Both the position numbers and the translations under genes were made by a program. Shown here in pieces: positions 51,369 to 64,000 of a stretch of DNA of 64,000 nt. The notes below the pieces were generated by a model that worked only from the letters and a program-made list of their open reading frames with translations, did not search any database and had not been told where the DNA came from. The stretch is from Antedon mediterranea (Eukaryota > Animalia > Echinodermata): assembly GCF_964355755.1 (NCBI RefSeq), contig NC_092678.1, forward strand, positions 3,612,422 through 3,676,421. The letters are read 5' to 3'. How positions within the stretch are numbered: position 1 is the first letter of the stretch; every line of letters starts with the position of its first letter.

Positions 51369-52618
51369 TCGCTACTCGTGATTGTTCGACTATTCTAACA
51401 TAGTAAAAGTAAAATAAACAAATGTATTGTAAATATTGTGTTCAAGTATGTTTGACCTTTGAACTTTGACCTTTAACTGACCTTTGAACTGTGACCTTTA
51501 ACTGACCTTTGACCTCTTGGTTTAGATGCTGTATTGTTGTACAGGTTACTTGTAATTAAAACGCGAACAACCAGATAATTGTCGTCATGTGTTTCAGTCC
51601 CAATCATATTTGGTAGAAAATAACACCAATAAGATAATTGATCATACAATACATACTTTATTATACTATGATTATTCTACGTCTACTACATTCTTGACAA
51701 ATTTGGGTATTGTTCTTTTTTTGCATAGTAAAAAAAAATTACACATTCAAAAATAACTTACAAACTATGAACTGAAACTATATTAAATAACTATTATTTT
51801 GAGTCTCGTCGGGGCATTTTATCACACAATTTAGGGACTCTATCCGCATTGAGAGATACTCAACAATCATTCTTTAAATCTATTATATAATTAACTACAC
51901 ACACATAAGGTGAATATGAATCTTAATGGAAACATAATGCAGCTAGTAATCAGCGCAGTTGTGTCTAGATCTAACCGGGTTCCCATTCCTGGGTGAAGAG
52001 AGGCGACAGTTGGATTCGAACCAGTAGTAGTAGTAGTCAACACACTGCGCCACACGCCCTAGTGTACCCAACATAACAATAAAATAATGCTTTAACCAAA
52101 AGAATCATTAAACCGATAATCAAAATAATTTGTTCTCCCTTTTTGTGATTTTCAATTTAAACTGTTTTAAAACTCTACATATGCCACAATCTTTTACACA
52201 CAGTGTATTTAAAAAACACAACTAAAATCCAACTACAAAACCTTCTATTGCTTATTATTATTTTTGCTGGTCATTATAACGCTATATAATAAGTGATTTA
52301 AATACAAATATTACATAAAAGAGGCCTCATTACTAGTGATAACTGCAGATATTCATTTATAGTACGATACTGCGCCAAACGGCAACGTATTAAGTATTCT
52401 GAATGTTTGGGAGCTGATGACAAGCTAAAGGGAATAATCTGCGTGAAGAGAAAGAATTGTTTCTCTTGCCAAGGAACATGCTAACCACAAAGTATTTATC
52501 ATTGTTGCTCTATAAGAGGCACATTCTTAAGCATGGCGCATATGATTGAATTAAAGGTCAAAATTTTTTTTTTTAAACTTAAGGCTCTCTCTCAGAACTA
52601 CATTCAATAAGCAGATAA

Positions 52619-55600
52619 TTATATATCACCAAAAATGGTAGCAAATGTTTTTTTCAAGTTTGTAAGTGTGTCCTCTTCATCGTGAAGGTCCAGAGTAGGC
52701 AGGGGTGGTGGGTTCGTCTGCGTTTTTGTTGGTGTACCGGAAAGTGCTGGTTTCTGATTGGATGTTGGTGTTCCTACTTTTGATGTGTTGGGGCTGTTGC
52801 TTTGTGAAGTACGTTGCAGATTTGGTAGGCTTGATGCGCTGGTTAGCATTGTGGCAGATCCAGTTCTGCTGATAACAAACAAAATTAAGATAAGATAAGA
52901 TAAATCTTTATTGTCATGAACGCAACAAGGCGAACATGAAATTGGTTTTCCTTGATGCTTAAAAACACATACAATATATAAAACATTAAAAATATCAATA
53001 CAATACATTAAAACTATATACAGTAGTAAACAAACTATCTTTGGAATGTTGTGTTGGAAAATGATTTCCTATATCGAGTGGTATTGCACATTAAAGGATG
53101 AATTCTACCTGATTTATTAACAACATATTTATTATTCAATGGGTGTCAGTTATCTTCCATTATTTTCTTAACTTGGCTAACATCGAGCCTGTAAACTGCG
53201 TCAATAACATTGACATTCCTTCTATGCTATTTTACTAGCAGTTTTCATAGTACGGTCAAGTTTCTTTTTATCATTAGCACTCAGACTATTGTATTAGTAA
53301 CGTCAACTCTTCCAATACTGGACTGTCTGAAAACCTGTCTTTTCTTGAGGCTCAAAAGGTCCCAAATAAAAACAAATTCTAAATACCAGACTTTCTAGAA
53401 AACCAGATAGCCCAAAGGTGTCTGGTATTGGGAGAGTTGACTGAATAAAAATTAACATTTTAAAATCATTAAATCTAAATTCTTTTAAATCCATTTAAAT
53501 TCAAATATGTCCTTATACTGTATACATCATATGGAAATTAACCAGTTACTTAAAATGTCAATGGTCACATGACTTACTGCATAACACAAGCATTCATCTT
53601 TTGCAATACCAACTCTGCGATATGTTTTCGGTCTTCTTCTTGATTCTCACCGATCAGCTGCATCGACGAATCATTGACCTTAAAAAAAGCCGCAATAAAG
53701 AAAGGAAATACAATGGTTATAATTAAATCAGTACATAATTATTCAAATTATCCAACAAAAAATGATCATCCGGCATTATACTGTATGTGTTACTAAGCAG
53801 GATTATTCATTCAAAATAAACAGGAATGAGGGACTGACCTGGGAATTCAAAATAAGGGCTGACCTGAGAATTTAACTTAATTTGCAATTAAAAAAAAGTT
53901 TTGGGCGTCTGCTCAACAAAATTATTTTTCAGTTACGCTTGAATTACAGAGAAATTGCTAATAACTATTTTTTTGTTACTAATTAATATCATTAGGATTC
54001 TAGGAATGTGTTTTACAAAAAAAATGTGAGTGATACTACCTCTATGATATAATTCTTGCTATCTTTGCCATGTATAGCTTCCACAGATACGATATCTAGG
54101 CCACCGAAAAGCTCACTGCATTCATCTACCCACAGCTTGAATCTGACGGTAAAAAAGAATACAATTTTATGTCTTTAAATAGACATGTTTTAAATTGATA
54201 ATGCAGATGACTGGATGCATAAAGTACAACAATTTCTATACATTAAAATAATGTTAGCTTGGTTTAACAATTGGACATAATGCAAGGTAGTACTTTGCAA
54301 TAAAAGTAAATGGATGAAAACGACTGCCATCTATCATCCTGTAAGTACGAGTACATTTAAATTCATGACAATAATATACAGACATACAGCATTGAAACAC
54401 CGGTTCTTGACCAAAGTTAATTAGCAATGTTGGGCCCGGTTGAATGACTGTCTGAAATCACAGCTGGTGCTGTATATACCGGAGAGTGATGGTGTAATGA
54501 TAATATCGGACTAGTTTACTACTTTACTCTCATTGACTTATCCTTTGGACAGGAAGTAAATCTGTTGGTCCCGCGTACATAGTGCACATTAAAGAACTAT
54601 TTGCAAATAGTAGGGGATCATATCTCAATGTGCTGATCTGTTTAGTTGCTGCATTACTGGCTGCCGTGGGTCCAGTTAAGCTTGAGGACAAACATAAATA
54701 CCTTTACCTTTAAAGAAAAGGATTAACAATAAACATCAATGAAAGTATAAATCTTCTCTTCTGTTAAAAGATGTGATGTTCTTTACCGGTTACAACATCT
54801 TCTAACTTCTTGTCACTCTCATTTGTAGCCACAAATGTTTTGTCACATTCATACCGGGCACTACAGGTATTAAAAGGCGAACATCAAGAGAAATTTGTAC
54901 ACATCTATTCTTCTTCTTCTAATAAGTTGATGCCTTCAAAAAGTTGAAGATTTTGAAACTACAGTAGTAGGCCTAGCATGACAGTTGCTGTGAGTGTAGT
55001 ACACTGTAGTAACCCCTACTCGTCTCAAAAGATGTACTAGGTTCTTTAAAGTGCACACAAGCATTTTGTGTACACTGGACCTACAGTTTATCCAAGAAGA
55101 ACCATGGAGCAAGTGAACTTCTAACTCTTGCCGATATTCAATTTTTATTCATTCAACATTTATTTAGATATTATGGTTACGGTTATGGTTTTACGGTCTT
55201 AACCACTCAGCCACTCACTCGTGTGTAACACCATATATAAAAGATATGTAAAGGAATTGGAAATGGACTGTTTGGTCCTTAACTAGTTTAACATATTTTT
55301 AAAAATTACGTCAGATTAGGGCAATGCGAGAAGGTATCTTGCATTGAGAGAACATGTATGATCACAAGTGGAGACGTCAACCAGTGGAGTATAGAATGAC
55401 ATCTTCTCCTGCTTGCGTCAACATGCCTTTAAGACAAACAGCTTTAGTATACAGTAGATGAAAACAACTAAACAGCTTTAGTACAGAAGACGAAATCTCG
55501 CAGACGTTACTACGGAGCTTCTATGTTGACGATTGTTTGAAGTCCGGTGGATCAACATCTGATGGTATAAACATGGTGTGTGCCAAGGGTGAGTTTAATC

Positions 55601-58600
55601 TAGCTAAATTTACCAGTAACAGACGAGACGTCATCAACTCGGTTGCAGTTAGGTCAAAGGAAGTGCAACTAGTCCATAAGAAAGTCAGAAAAACAGTCTG
55701 GTAGGTGGGAAAGCTTCAAGGTCGCAAGCATGACAGGGAAGCTGGTTCATCCCGAATCTGGATGTTAAACGGATCATTATGAACATTTCAATAAAGATGC
55801 GTTCCTGCTTTAGAAATGAGTGCTTGGAATCCGGGTGCCCTGTCAGCGCGAGTTGGGGCCCATCAAGAGGATTGAGCTCAACGCACATTTGGAAAAGAGC
55901 GTCACATAGTGTGTTATGCTGTTTATTGTTAAGAAAACATGCGACTGTAAACTATGTTACTGCTTTTCTCACGATCGGTATGGATTGACGATTTTGTTTC
56001 TTGATATCTGCAGTTTCCGGTGGGTTGCCTGTAGATCGTTTGATAGAGGCCTTTAGGAATTTGGCATAGTGTGGCGCATTGGTGGCAAGCTGAGATGGTG
56101 ACTTCGATCGTTCATGGATTAATGAATAGACGGATATGCATCAGTTTGAGATCAAAGCTTTTTATGTCCCTTGACAACAGGGCGCATGTGCCATTAAACT
56201 GTCCGATGTACGTCAACGACAACATGCATCATAGCTATCTGCTTAACTTCAAGAAAATGGCAGAAGCAAATGATAGTACATGGACGAAATAATATACAGT
56301 CGATTGCATGATTTCAAATTCAAACGAACAACAAATATGTGATAAACAGGCCCGGTGATGACATAACCACTAGCCAATCACCAGGCACTACAATACAAAT
56401 ATAATCACATTGATAATTAAGGAGATTCATGAAAAAAACCACTGCTTAGCCATATATCAAAAACACATTTATTGTACTGCACACAACTACACACGGTAAC
56501 GACACATACATGGTCACATGCATAATTTAATATTCTATAGATTAGCGCAATTTGTAATTTCAGCAGGTTACATGAACAATATGATAATTCAAATATAAAA
56601 ATTGCATCTTTTATTAATATTACCAACTACTTAAAATTACAGTTGTAAGAAAGTTAACTTTTCATAGATTGTGAAGAAATTAAAACTAATTGTTCAGCAA
56701 TATCTCCTTGTTGTCAATTAATCCTTGACGCAGACATCTCAATAAAATAATCAGATTGCATTATACAATTTCTACATAGATAGGTAGTGCCATGGTTAGA
56801 GACATGGCATTCACAGAGCTTGTTTGTTTGATTAACAGCAGTTCTTTAGTAGGCGATCGCATTGCAAAATTGTTTGATGTCACTGTCGATACATATCCAT
56901 CTATCATTAATCCACTTATCCATGTTGAGGGTATAACAATATCGATGTGCGATTTGTTTGAGCTGACAAGTTGGGTGGTATAATCAGATGTGTAAGGCAG
57001 TATGCTGGCCATGCGAGGACTTGGATTAGGCGGGTAAATCTGGGCATTCAGATTGTAGTGAAGCCAGGCGGAGCTGCTTGTGAAAGGCAACTTGGATTGT
57101 CCTGTGATGAAATGGTTAGATGCGATTCTTTGTACAATCGACTCCTAAGAGCGCTGGACAAAGGAACATACCTGGCAATTGGCATCAGTGCATTCAGGAG
57201 CGTTGCGGCTTGTGACATCTGAGGGAACATTCGCAGAACCAGCCAAGTGTCTAACAGATACCTAGTATCGGCTAACAGAGGACAGGAAGGTAAATAATCT
57301 GGGGCTCACAGAAAATTCACCTTAACAAAGCGTTTCAAAAGTCTGAAACCACAGGTTTACTGTCAGTCAAGACACAGGCTCGTTTAGTTGATTGAACGGC
57401 ATATGGACCAAAATTCTTCAATATAAAAGCGATTGTGAGGGCTTTGATTTCACACGAAAGTCATGAAAGACCAATTTACACAGACGCGCGGTAACGGTAA
57501 GCGGAAAACCGCGTATCTTGTCCCTTGTAGAACCTGTATCTATCCTGAGTGGAAACCGCCTGTCCACTCTGTGTTGTGTGGTAATAAGGAATAACATAGA
57601 TTCTATATTTTTATTACTGACTGCTCGTCTGTGTAAATTGGCGTTTACCTTTAAGGGGAAGAACATGTAGCGAGTGTCGAAATACGATGGGGATTGACCA
57701 CCCATGGATAGTTGTAGTTTATGGACGGATGAATTTTTTTATTTACAAGATACAAGATACAAGAAAACTTTATTCATCCCAACTTGGGAAATTGTGTTGC
57801 TGTCTTATAACAATGCCGTATTCAAAAGAGAAACGATAGGCCTAATACATAAGTGTGATAATAATAATAACAATAAAAGTGTATCGTAATAAATTCCCCT
57901 ATCTTTGATACCTTTCATTATAGTCTCGTATGCCCCTTGGGAGGAAGGAGAGACGATGGCGTTCAGTGGATCCCTGTGGCGGCCTCAGTCTACCACTACG
58001 TTCCATAAGGCAGTCGGCAATGTCCGAGTTAAGGGGATGACTAACATCATTCCATATCACTCAAAACATATTGCGCAACCGTTCATGATAGACCGAGTCC
58101 ACCACAGGTAATTCACATCCAACCATCCTCCCTGCCCTCCTCACCAACCTGTCTATTCTATCCCTATCTCCCCTACCAACATTCCCACCCCAACCCAACA
58201 GACAATATCCCCAAACAAAACTAATCACTGACAAATAAAACATCCTAAGGATGTGGCTATCAACATTAAATGAGCGTAGTTTACATTGACAGTCAGTGTG
58301 TGACAGACAGTACATGCGTGAATTTAGTTTCTTTATAATGTGATCTATGTGTTCCCCCCCCCCCCCCATGGCAGATACTCAACAAAAACCACCTCCAGAT
58401 ACTTAAAACTAGATACCCTCTCTACTTTAGCATTTTTATAAGCACATCTTTAGCCTCGACCCTCTTTTTAGTCCGGAAATCTATCACCATCTCTTTGGTT
58501 TTTGAGACGTTCAATTCCAAATAATTTAAATCACAATATTCTACAAATCGTTTAATTTCTGAAATATACTGAGAATCATTATCCCCCCCCCCCCCCTGAT

Positions 58601-60864
58601 TAACCCAATGAGAGCAGTGTCGTCAGCGAATTTAATAGCAGGACAGGAGGTTTGGTCATTAGATCTAAAGTCAGCGGTATAGACTAAGAATAGAAAAGGA
58701 GCCAACACCGTACTCTGGGGTGCGCCTGTGTTTGTAAAAAATAAAAAATTATATATAAAGAATATTAGTGAGTGCAGAAGTTCCATATTAAACAATTGTT
58801 AATTAGAAGGTTAGGTTGGATAGTGTTGAAGGCGGAGATAAAGTCATAATACATGATTCTCACAGAGTGACCGAATTTAGCTACGCCTTCAAGATGAGAG
58901 TATATCTTTTCGAGTTTAAGCAAATAGTTAAATTCATTTGCGTATTGTTCATTCATAGGCCTATTACTATTTGTTACGTTCGGCTTTGATATGCTTGAGT
59001 ATCCACTCATCTGTCGCATGCCTTTCCAAACTTTGTTTGCATCGTTACCGAGATTATTTTCAATTTTCATATATATACGTTTCTGTTCGTTTATTTCATG
59101 TTTAAGTTCATGTTGGATGATTTTAAGTTGATCTTTGTCACCGCTTTTGAACGCGATTTTTTTCCTATTGATGATTGGCTTGTTATTGCTGTATAACTTA
59201 ATTTCTTTGGACGGTATCGCGATATCTGTGCAGAAACCGATATATGAACACACGGATTCTGTCAATTCATTTATATCTGACGAATTTTCAGTAAAAACAG
59301 ACCAGTCGGTGGCGTCAAGTTCACCTTTTAATCGATCAATATTTTCCGGCGACCAACATTTCATTACTATCATCCTCGGTTTCTGTCTTTGTACAAGGGG
59401 CTTATATTTCGGACTTAGGAGAACTAAGTTGTGATCGGAAGCTCCTAATTTCGATAGTTTCGTCGACGAGTACGCGTTTTTCACATTGGAATAACAGATA
59501 TCCAATGTGGCTGCATCCCGGGTACCATAAGATACGTGTCGGTAGTAATATACACTACTCTTATTTAAGGTACCGTGGTTGAAGTCACCGTTTATTATAA
59601 TACATGCATCAGGACAAGAAGACTCAATATCATTTATAATTTCACCCACTTCGATTGCTGCTGATTTAGCTAATTTCCTATGTGGAATGTACACAGTTAG
59701 GATAACAATGTGGGAGAATTCTCTTGGGATGTAATACGGCCTTACCGACACAACCAGTACTTCAACATTCGGGGTGCAGATGGATTTCTTTAATGTAGCA
59801 TTTTTTGGGTGACAATATTGATTATTAACATAAACAATCAGTCCTCCACCCTTTTCCTTGCCGATATCACCAGATCTATCTCCTCTGAACAGCTTAAATC
59901 CATCTATTTCCACATGGGTATCTATTATCTTCTCACAAAGCCAAGTTTCAGTGAATGCGAGAATGCATGCCGATCTGTAGTCATGTATTTCACACAAGCT
60001 CTAAGTTCGTCTACCTTGTTTTTAATCGATTGTAGATTCCCGATGATAAGTATTGGTAGGTACGGTCGAAAATGCCTGCTTTCCCTCTCTTACGTCGCTT
60101 CATTTCCTTAAGTATGTTAAATACTTCGCCACGGTAGTGAGAAGCGAGCGTTGAGTCCCTGATTGCAAACAGTTCCTCGGCCGAATAACACAGCCTAGCG
60201 TTTTCGACATGTTTTGTACAGTCCATAGACACAATAAACAGCGTGAATAAGTGTATTAAATACTATTTGCCGAGAGAGTAAGACCTCATCTATATAAAGT
60301 TCGAAAAAAGGTGGGGCAGTACACATTTAGGGTCTCTCCTTCACATTAAAGATTGTCTGCAATCAGTAAAAAGCTCTCCTAAGACGTATAAAGTCAGTTC
60401 CCCCAGCACTGTTTCGGATTCTGGCATTCCCATTCTTTATCTCATAGATTTGCAGGAAAGTGGTATTTGATAGAATGCCTTGTCTCGCGAATACTGTGGA
60501 AGCCTCTCCCTTCGCTGTGGTGGCTGTACCGAGCCCCATGTTAACGACGACACCATTATAACATTTGACATGTGGTCAAAACAACATCGAAGTCTTTGTT
60601 GTGATTTTAAAAACTAAAATACAAAACATTTCAGCTCAAGGGGTCACAATTATTGCTAAAAGCCTTCCCTTTTTAGGTTGTTGTTGCTTGTTTACACCAG
60701 AAACAGGAATAAAGGGAGGACCTTGAGTGTTGGACTCGAATAAACGGATATCACTCGCATTCATTTTAGGGCAGTTCTTGTATACTTACTGTTCTGTCAT
60801 GGCGATCTGTTCTACAGCTGATGAACCCGTGTTGGCTTTCCAGTTACCAGATATCGATGTTCTC
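52619..60864 (-). CDS. SYN: Synapsin, last four coding exons (end of C domain to E domain); gene continues upstream
   Basis: Exons 60864-60790 ([24 protein letters not shown]), 54142-54040 ([34 protein letters not shown]), 53678-53578 ([28 protein letters not shown]) and 52868-52619 (ending [19 protein letters not shown]); phases are consistent. Confidence 0.95.
52886..53290 (-). mobile_element. LINE 3' fragment in a synapsin intron
   Basis: (TCTTA)n tail; minus strand [26 protein letters not shown]-like C-terminus. Confidence 0.55.
54380..54710 (+). mobile_element. 5S rRNA-derived SINE (SINE3) with Deu/Nin-like body
   Basis: Head acatacagcattgaaacaccggttcttg..aagttaa..tgggcccggtt resembles 5S rRNA; body tcctttggacaggaagtaaatctgttggtccc..gcacattaaagaac..agtagggg; (taccttt)n tail. 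Confidence 0.6.
54985..55222 (-). mobile_element. Degraded tRNA-derived SINE
   Basis: taggttctttaaagtgcacacaag..gtacactggacctac..tcttaaccactcagccactcactc matches the 31115 and 38770 copies. Confidence 0.65.
55300..55690 (+). mobile_element. BEL/Pao RT remnant
   Basis: [22 protein letters not shown] and FNLAKFTSN. Confidence 0.6.
55700..57720 (-). mobile_element. Degraded LTR retrotransposon pol region (Gypsy-like)
   Basis: Minus strand [28 protein letters not shown] and a later HPT(C)Q zinc-finger-like stretch; heavily disrupted. Confidence 0.45.
57745..60270 (-). mobile_element. Rex1/Babar-like (CR1-group) LINE, partly deleted
   Basis: Endonuclease [22 protein letters not shown] (58765-59997); [31 protein letters not shown]; tail (TATCTTG)n at ~57745-57765. 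Confidence 0.85.
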
Positions 60865-63800
60865 CTATAATGAGAAAGCATTTTAAAATGTTAATTATTT
60901 TATTTTCCTTTATTTGGTATAATACATTAAAAAGTTACAAACATAATAATGAACCTAACAAAGTATTCTGAAGACTTCTTATTTCATTTAATCTAAATAT
61001 TAATTTGAAAAGCATTTTTAGGGGAAATAGAATTATGTTATAAGGCACCCTCCAAAAAAATTGACCAGAGCGTCGTACATACATCAAATACATATATATA
61101 TATATAAAGAATACATGATGATTCAATCATATTTAATATATAAGCAATGCAATGGTATAATGGTTTTAGTTTAAATTGATTAAAACATCAAATTTCATAA
61201 CTTAATTTCAAAAGAATTTAGTAGTAATTAGTATGATATATAGCATTCAAATACAGTACTGCCACATGTCTTTAATGATGTATAATGTGTCTACTGTATG
61301 TATAATTTACCAAAGCAAAAAAAAACCGAGCTTCACAACCACTGAATAAAAATCTTAATTTATATCGATACATTAATGTTCTCTGATTGACATTGAATTT
61401 GCTGTGACACTTTGATTTTTCTTTTTTTTTAAACGAGAGGCTGTCTACTATGTTAATTAGTAATTGCATTCTCAACCCTAAAGTTGATTGGAAATAGGAA
61501 ATTCTCTTACAAACCACGTCCATCAAATACACACTTTCTATTAGGAATCGGTAGTTGGTTGATCTATTTAAAGAAATACTGACAAATGATTCAGCAATTT
61601 TAAAGTAAAAAACAACGAGTTGTGACTTTCAAAATCCTTCGGGAGTTGGACTCCCATTGCACTGAAATTAATATAGTATATATGACATATGCAATGGCAA
61701 TAACTGGTCTAGGACACTTTATTAGGATATATCAGCAATACCCGCAAATAAACCCATATTTTTAAAGAAATTACATCCTTTTTTCACAATATCCTAAGCT
61801 ATACAGATGTTTAAACAAGCAAATATAATTTTTAGTAATTAAACTTCTTATCTTTTCATTTCACTATCCAATTTAATTCATTCATATACAAACATTACTA
61901 ATTTCAATCAAACAGATTAATTTATACAATTAGTGTAATGTATTAAAAAAAACCATATGTCTGGTTACCGGTTTAATTTCATAGTATATCTATAAGAAGA
62001 TTAAAATGGTATGGACACATAATTAGACTACCGGATGATACAATACAGGAAATTAAAAGACCAGGAAAACCAAAAAATAACTAAATAAAAAAAATTTAAA
62101 ATGAAAAAATGTAACAATAACAAACCATCCTGCCCGAAACATAGAAACAAATCATGGAAAGCGTCTGAATGATGAAAAACTATTTACTAAATTGTTTACA
62201 GCAAGTCAATGACTACCAAAAGATGGTTATTTTAGAAGAATAAGAATTCTAATTTAAAAAACAAATCGAAAGGGAAATTCTCAAACCGTTCTGTCATTAA
62301 AATGAACATAGGATTATTTGGAAATTGAACACAGCAGAAATGTGAAGGGAATCCCCAAAACGGCGTATAAAATGTTATATCCTTCACACACTCTAACATG
62401 TGATTCTGCCAAAAGGGGAATCCCCGACATTAGTCAATTTGAGGATGAAGTACAAAGTAATAAACATGATGAGTAATAAAATGAGACTGTACATAACTTG
62501 AGGGAAAAAACTCAATGAAAGAAAGGAAAAATCTTGACAATGTGCAAATTTACTGACCTATATCGGTGACGCACACACACACAGGTTGTTTGTGATTTTT
62601 ACAAATTGCACAAAACCGCAAAACAATTAACCGTGTGATGTATATCGACTAATACACATATTATTTACATGTAATATTGAAAATCAAAGTGGTAGGCTAG
62701 ACATTTTATCTTTGACAAGAACTCTAACAATTTATTTAAACTAAATACATCTTAGTCATATCTTTTTTCATTCCTTTATAAAATGGACATTATAATATAA
62801 CTTTTTTTCATGACAATTAATAAAGTAAATTTAAAACTATTAAATAGAACATAAAAGTAATAAAGTATGAGGACAATAACTTTAAAAAGTTCACTATTAA
62901 ACCCAACTTTTGCACATTTTAAAAATAAATGACCTCTGGTTTAAGAATATATCTGCCTTGATACTTTTACTAATTATACTGTCAACAGTTTCATGTTCAC
63001 GTTAAACCTGTTAAAACCCTCATTAAACAGTTTGTTCAGCGCCACCCATTTTAGTTTCCTCTTACACATCAAATATCCTCCACAACGAAGGACGAGATTC
63101 AAAAATTTATTTAAAAATAGGGGTAATAAGCGTACCCCTTTGCAGCTATCACATACTAAATTGGAGACAGGATTCCTTGCTAGGAAACTCCATGTGGTAC
63201 AATTTGACCAAAGTAGGCTGGAATTATCCAGTCATGTCGATCCGTTGATAGGAAACGTGGCTACACTGCCACGTCTGTGCCGAGAGAGGAGACATCAATA
63301 TGAGGGCACTCCCAGGGTCATGCTCAGTGTCATAACTACCTTCTCAACAAACAACAGGAAAAAAGTGCATACAGTATTATAAATTAATTTTGCAACAACA
63401 GAAATAAAATGCGATAAAATTGAATTACGAAGATCACAGTAACAGGTGCATCTAACATTTAGAATTTAGAACATTATTCTCACTAAACTTTCCTTTTAAA
63501 AGTTTGTATCATAATTTGGTTTTCAGATCACTGAATCACTTGGAGGAAATAAAGAAGGTTTTATCAATGAAACGAATGAAATTATTTGCAAATGTGCTGA
63601 ATGGTGCAAAGTTGAATACTACTTGAATTTTTGCAAGCATAGCACAGACCTGGGAATTTTGCAAGTGTAATAGAAAAGACCTAGAAATATGGCAGGTACC
63701 TGGAACTTGTTCACAAACTATGTATGCATGTCAACGATAAAATAATTAAGGAAATGTATATAATGCTACAAATTAGTGATGATTTATGATTTTAAAGTTT

Positions 63801-64000
63801 TAAAGTCACACTATTTTGGTGAAAAATTCTTTTTTAGTACAAATACCACTAAAATTAATTTTAAACAAATATTATACATCACTTTCAATAAAACTATTTG
63901 CAAGGTTGTACATAATATTTTGAATTATTCTGATAAAAAATAAAAATAAAATATGTACATTTAAAAAATTAAAAATGACACAACTGCCTATATCAATTTG

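Noticed and set aside
53300-53445. Possible extra synapsin exon / ORF 53303-53494
   Set aside because: There is a stop in the required phase, and it is bounded by the inverted repeat GTCAACTCT(T/C)CCAATAC, so it is more likely a small TIR remnant.
54787-54860. Possible alternative synapsin exon (AG..GT bounded)
   Set aside because: It is 74 nt, so it breaks the frame, and it has no similarity to the 75-nt RTSISGNWK exon.
63250-63280. Iron-responsive element (CAGUGU loop on the minus strand)
   Set aside because: The stem register and C bulge do not fit the IRE consensus, and the site is intronic.
60865-64000. Nested TIMP gene
   Set aside because: No CxC N-terminal or TIMP cysteine pattern was found; the conserved host intron lies further 5' in synapsin, likely outside the window.

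Overview
AT-rich, intron-containing animal DNA, probably an invertebrate deuterostome and echinoderm-like (my inference from gene and repeat content). Manual splicing gives five host genes. (1,2) Two tandem, complete 13-exon minus-strand paralogs (7036-11392 and 1038-6608) encode secreted, probably GPI-anchored PI-PLC-like TIM-barrel proteins with a Cys/Trp-rich lectin-like C-terminus, resembling the bacterial Rv2075c-like family. The ORF track largely misses them. (3) A divergent PRD-class Q50 homeobox gene (12867-14375, +) has His in place of the near-invariant Asn51 and is pmar1/phb-like. (4) FBXO7 (37438-51368, +; first coding exon not found) lies tail-to-tail with (5) the 3' part of a synapsin gene (52619-60864, -), the same arrangement as human FBXO7-SYN3. 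The rest is dense, often nested mobile DNA: CR1/L2, Rex1-like, RTE and RLE-type LINEs, an Academ-like transposase, BEL/Pao and Gypsy remnants, piggyBac-, Kolobok-, Harbinger- and MULE-like MITEs, foldback elements, and tRNA- and 5S-derived SINEs. There is also a tandem repeat carrying a tRNA-like gene with an AUC anticodon, and tiny TIR-only inserts resembling P-element excision footprints. Coordinates were counted by hand; family names come from motif recognition, not database searches.
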